Shown here piece after piece: positions 18,618 through 20,000 of a stretch of DNA of 20,000 bases. Where the stretch lies: the NCBI GenBank assembly GCA_026023565.1, contig JAPETS010000058.1, forward strand, positions 116,595-136,594, given 5' to 3'. Source of the stretch: Cirrosporium novae-zelandiae (Eukaryota). Under the pieces are notes generated by a model that was given only the letters and a program-made list of their open reading frames with translations, made no database searches and was not told the DNA's origin. A program made the position numbers and the translations under genes. Every line of letters starts with the position of its first letter. Position 1 is the first letter of the stretch.

Positions 18618-20000
18618 ATTGAAAACACTATCTTTTGATCACAAGGTCGAATGTTTAAAGTAAACGCCAACAAATGATGATGCTGGCCGCCGAAGTCTAT
18701 CGATGGGTCACAGCTTTTGAAGTTTTTTTTTGCTCGCTCCCGAGGTAGTCCTGGATATTCCACTCCTCAAGCGACAGGACAATTACGAAAATAGGGAAAA
18801 ACTGATAAAGCAGAGGACAGGTTCCAAATATACACAGGTGAAGGTTTGCGGACGGAGAGGGTATCGAAATGAAGCAGTCGTTAGGATTTCAAAGTTGCAA
18901 AGGAATAATGGGCCAGTATATCGCACGGATTGGGGCGGGAAGGGCCAAACTGCTAACAAAAAGGACTCGCTTTGTCGTTGGTTCTGGGTTCATGTACGAG
19001 AAGTATTGACTAATTCGCTAGTTGTTAAACAAGATAAGGAAACGCTGGCCGAAAGGATATCGGCGGATGTGGTAGCTGCTGAATGGCTAGAAGCTGGTGG
19101 ATCATAAAGAGCGTTATGAATGCATTGTCGTCAAAAAAATTGGTTTTAAAAAAATCGTTGTATTCCGGAATACACAGGAGAAAAGAACGGACAAACGACG
19201 GACGGTAATCACCCGACGTTGCTTTTTTTTATATTAGAGTAATATATGAAAGAGGATGCTGAATGAGGTCGGTTCGAAGTAAAGGTAGGAGAATCGTGAC
19301 AATAGACAGAGGTGGCTGATGTAGGACTGCCTGATATATGGAATGACTCAGCGGAGGAGCTCGATGGATGACGATAACGATGGTATATAGGACTGAGTAA
19401 TTCTATCGTCAAGGAGATAATTTATCAATCGAGTCGGATGGCAACGAGTCCTCGTACGAGTATGATGATGATGATGCTGGGCTCTGGAGGCCTCGACTTT
19501 TTAATTTGTATCACAATAGGATACCGAGTTCACAGCAAACAATCAACTAAATTTCTCGAAGTCCTTGCAGGTCGAATCAGAATCAAACGTATTGTCTCTG
19601 ATTGAATGGTTGTCAATGCAAGCTTTACCTGTATAATCGTTCGAGGTCAAGTACACTTGAGCTGGTAATCAAAGCAAAAAGAGAGCTGTAGGACGAATGT
19701 GGGTTGTAGAGAGTTGAGAGCGAGGATGAGGATGAGAGGAAGGAACGAGTTCGAAGGATATGAAATGGTTTTTGCCGGTCGACGGAAGGACTGCACCCAG
19801 GAATCGTTGAACCAAGATTGTGGGGTTTCACACGGTTTATTCTTTGTTGTCGTGGGTACCGTTTGACGGCAGGAACGCTGGGACGGCGGTTGTAAGGTGG
19901 GGGGTGGGGGGGGGAGTTATACGAGTATGTAGTTGAGGAATGCTCGAGTTCCAAGAATTGATAAGGGGGGGGGGGGGGTTCTTTAGAGCTCGAGCTTGGG
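18618..20000 (-). promoter_or_regulatory. Probable long 5' leader of the kinase with three uORFs (19125-19114, 19105-19025, 18993-18889)
   Basis: By manual count, only 3 ATGs on the sense (minus) strand in 1383 nt versus more than 30 on the opposite strand. Confidence 0.55.

Noticed and set aside
19625..19954. 109-aa minus-strand ORF upstream of the kinase
   Set aside because: It starts at TTG, is Ser/Pro-rich as expected from a pyrimidine-rich leader, and has no recognisable domain.
1..20000. CRISPR array, rRNA, tRNA, intact transposon or prokaryote-style operon
   Set aside because: No regularly spaced repeats with unique spacers, no recognisable structural RNA and no transposase or RT ORF. 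The genes are intron-containing and functionally unrelated.

Overview
Fungal genomic DNA, most likely a filamentous ascomycete (Pezizomycotina): short spliceosomal introns with CTRAC/CTRAY-type branch sites and recognisable fungal housekeeping genes. Eight protein-coding genes were reconstructed by hand: a LovD-like serine beta-lactamase/esterase (minus strand, runs off the left edge), a WDR70-like WD40 protein, a BTB/POZ protein with a CxxC-CxxC insert, a probably peroxisomal ACAD10/11-like acyl-CoA dehydrogenase, an IFI6/IFI27(ISG12)-like small membrane protein with an N-terminal tandem repeat, RLP24 (8 exons, one GC-AG intron), PAM18, and a Ksp1-type Ser/Thr kinase. Three microsatellite/homopolymer-rich spacers lie at about 5.95-7.3, 12.5-13.65 and 14.8-16.1 kb. 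Between the last two is a ~1 kb island missed by the ORF track. It holds a decayed internal fragment of CTP synthase joined to an ORF that by eye resembles a KilA-N/APSES domain, suggesting a chimeric gene-capture relic. The kinase appears to have a long, ATG-depleted 5' leader with three clustered uORFs. No intact novel multi-gene system can be demonstrated from the sequence alone. All family assignments come from recalled motifs, not database searches.
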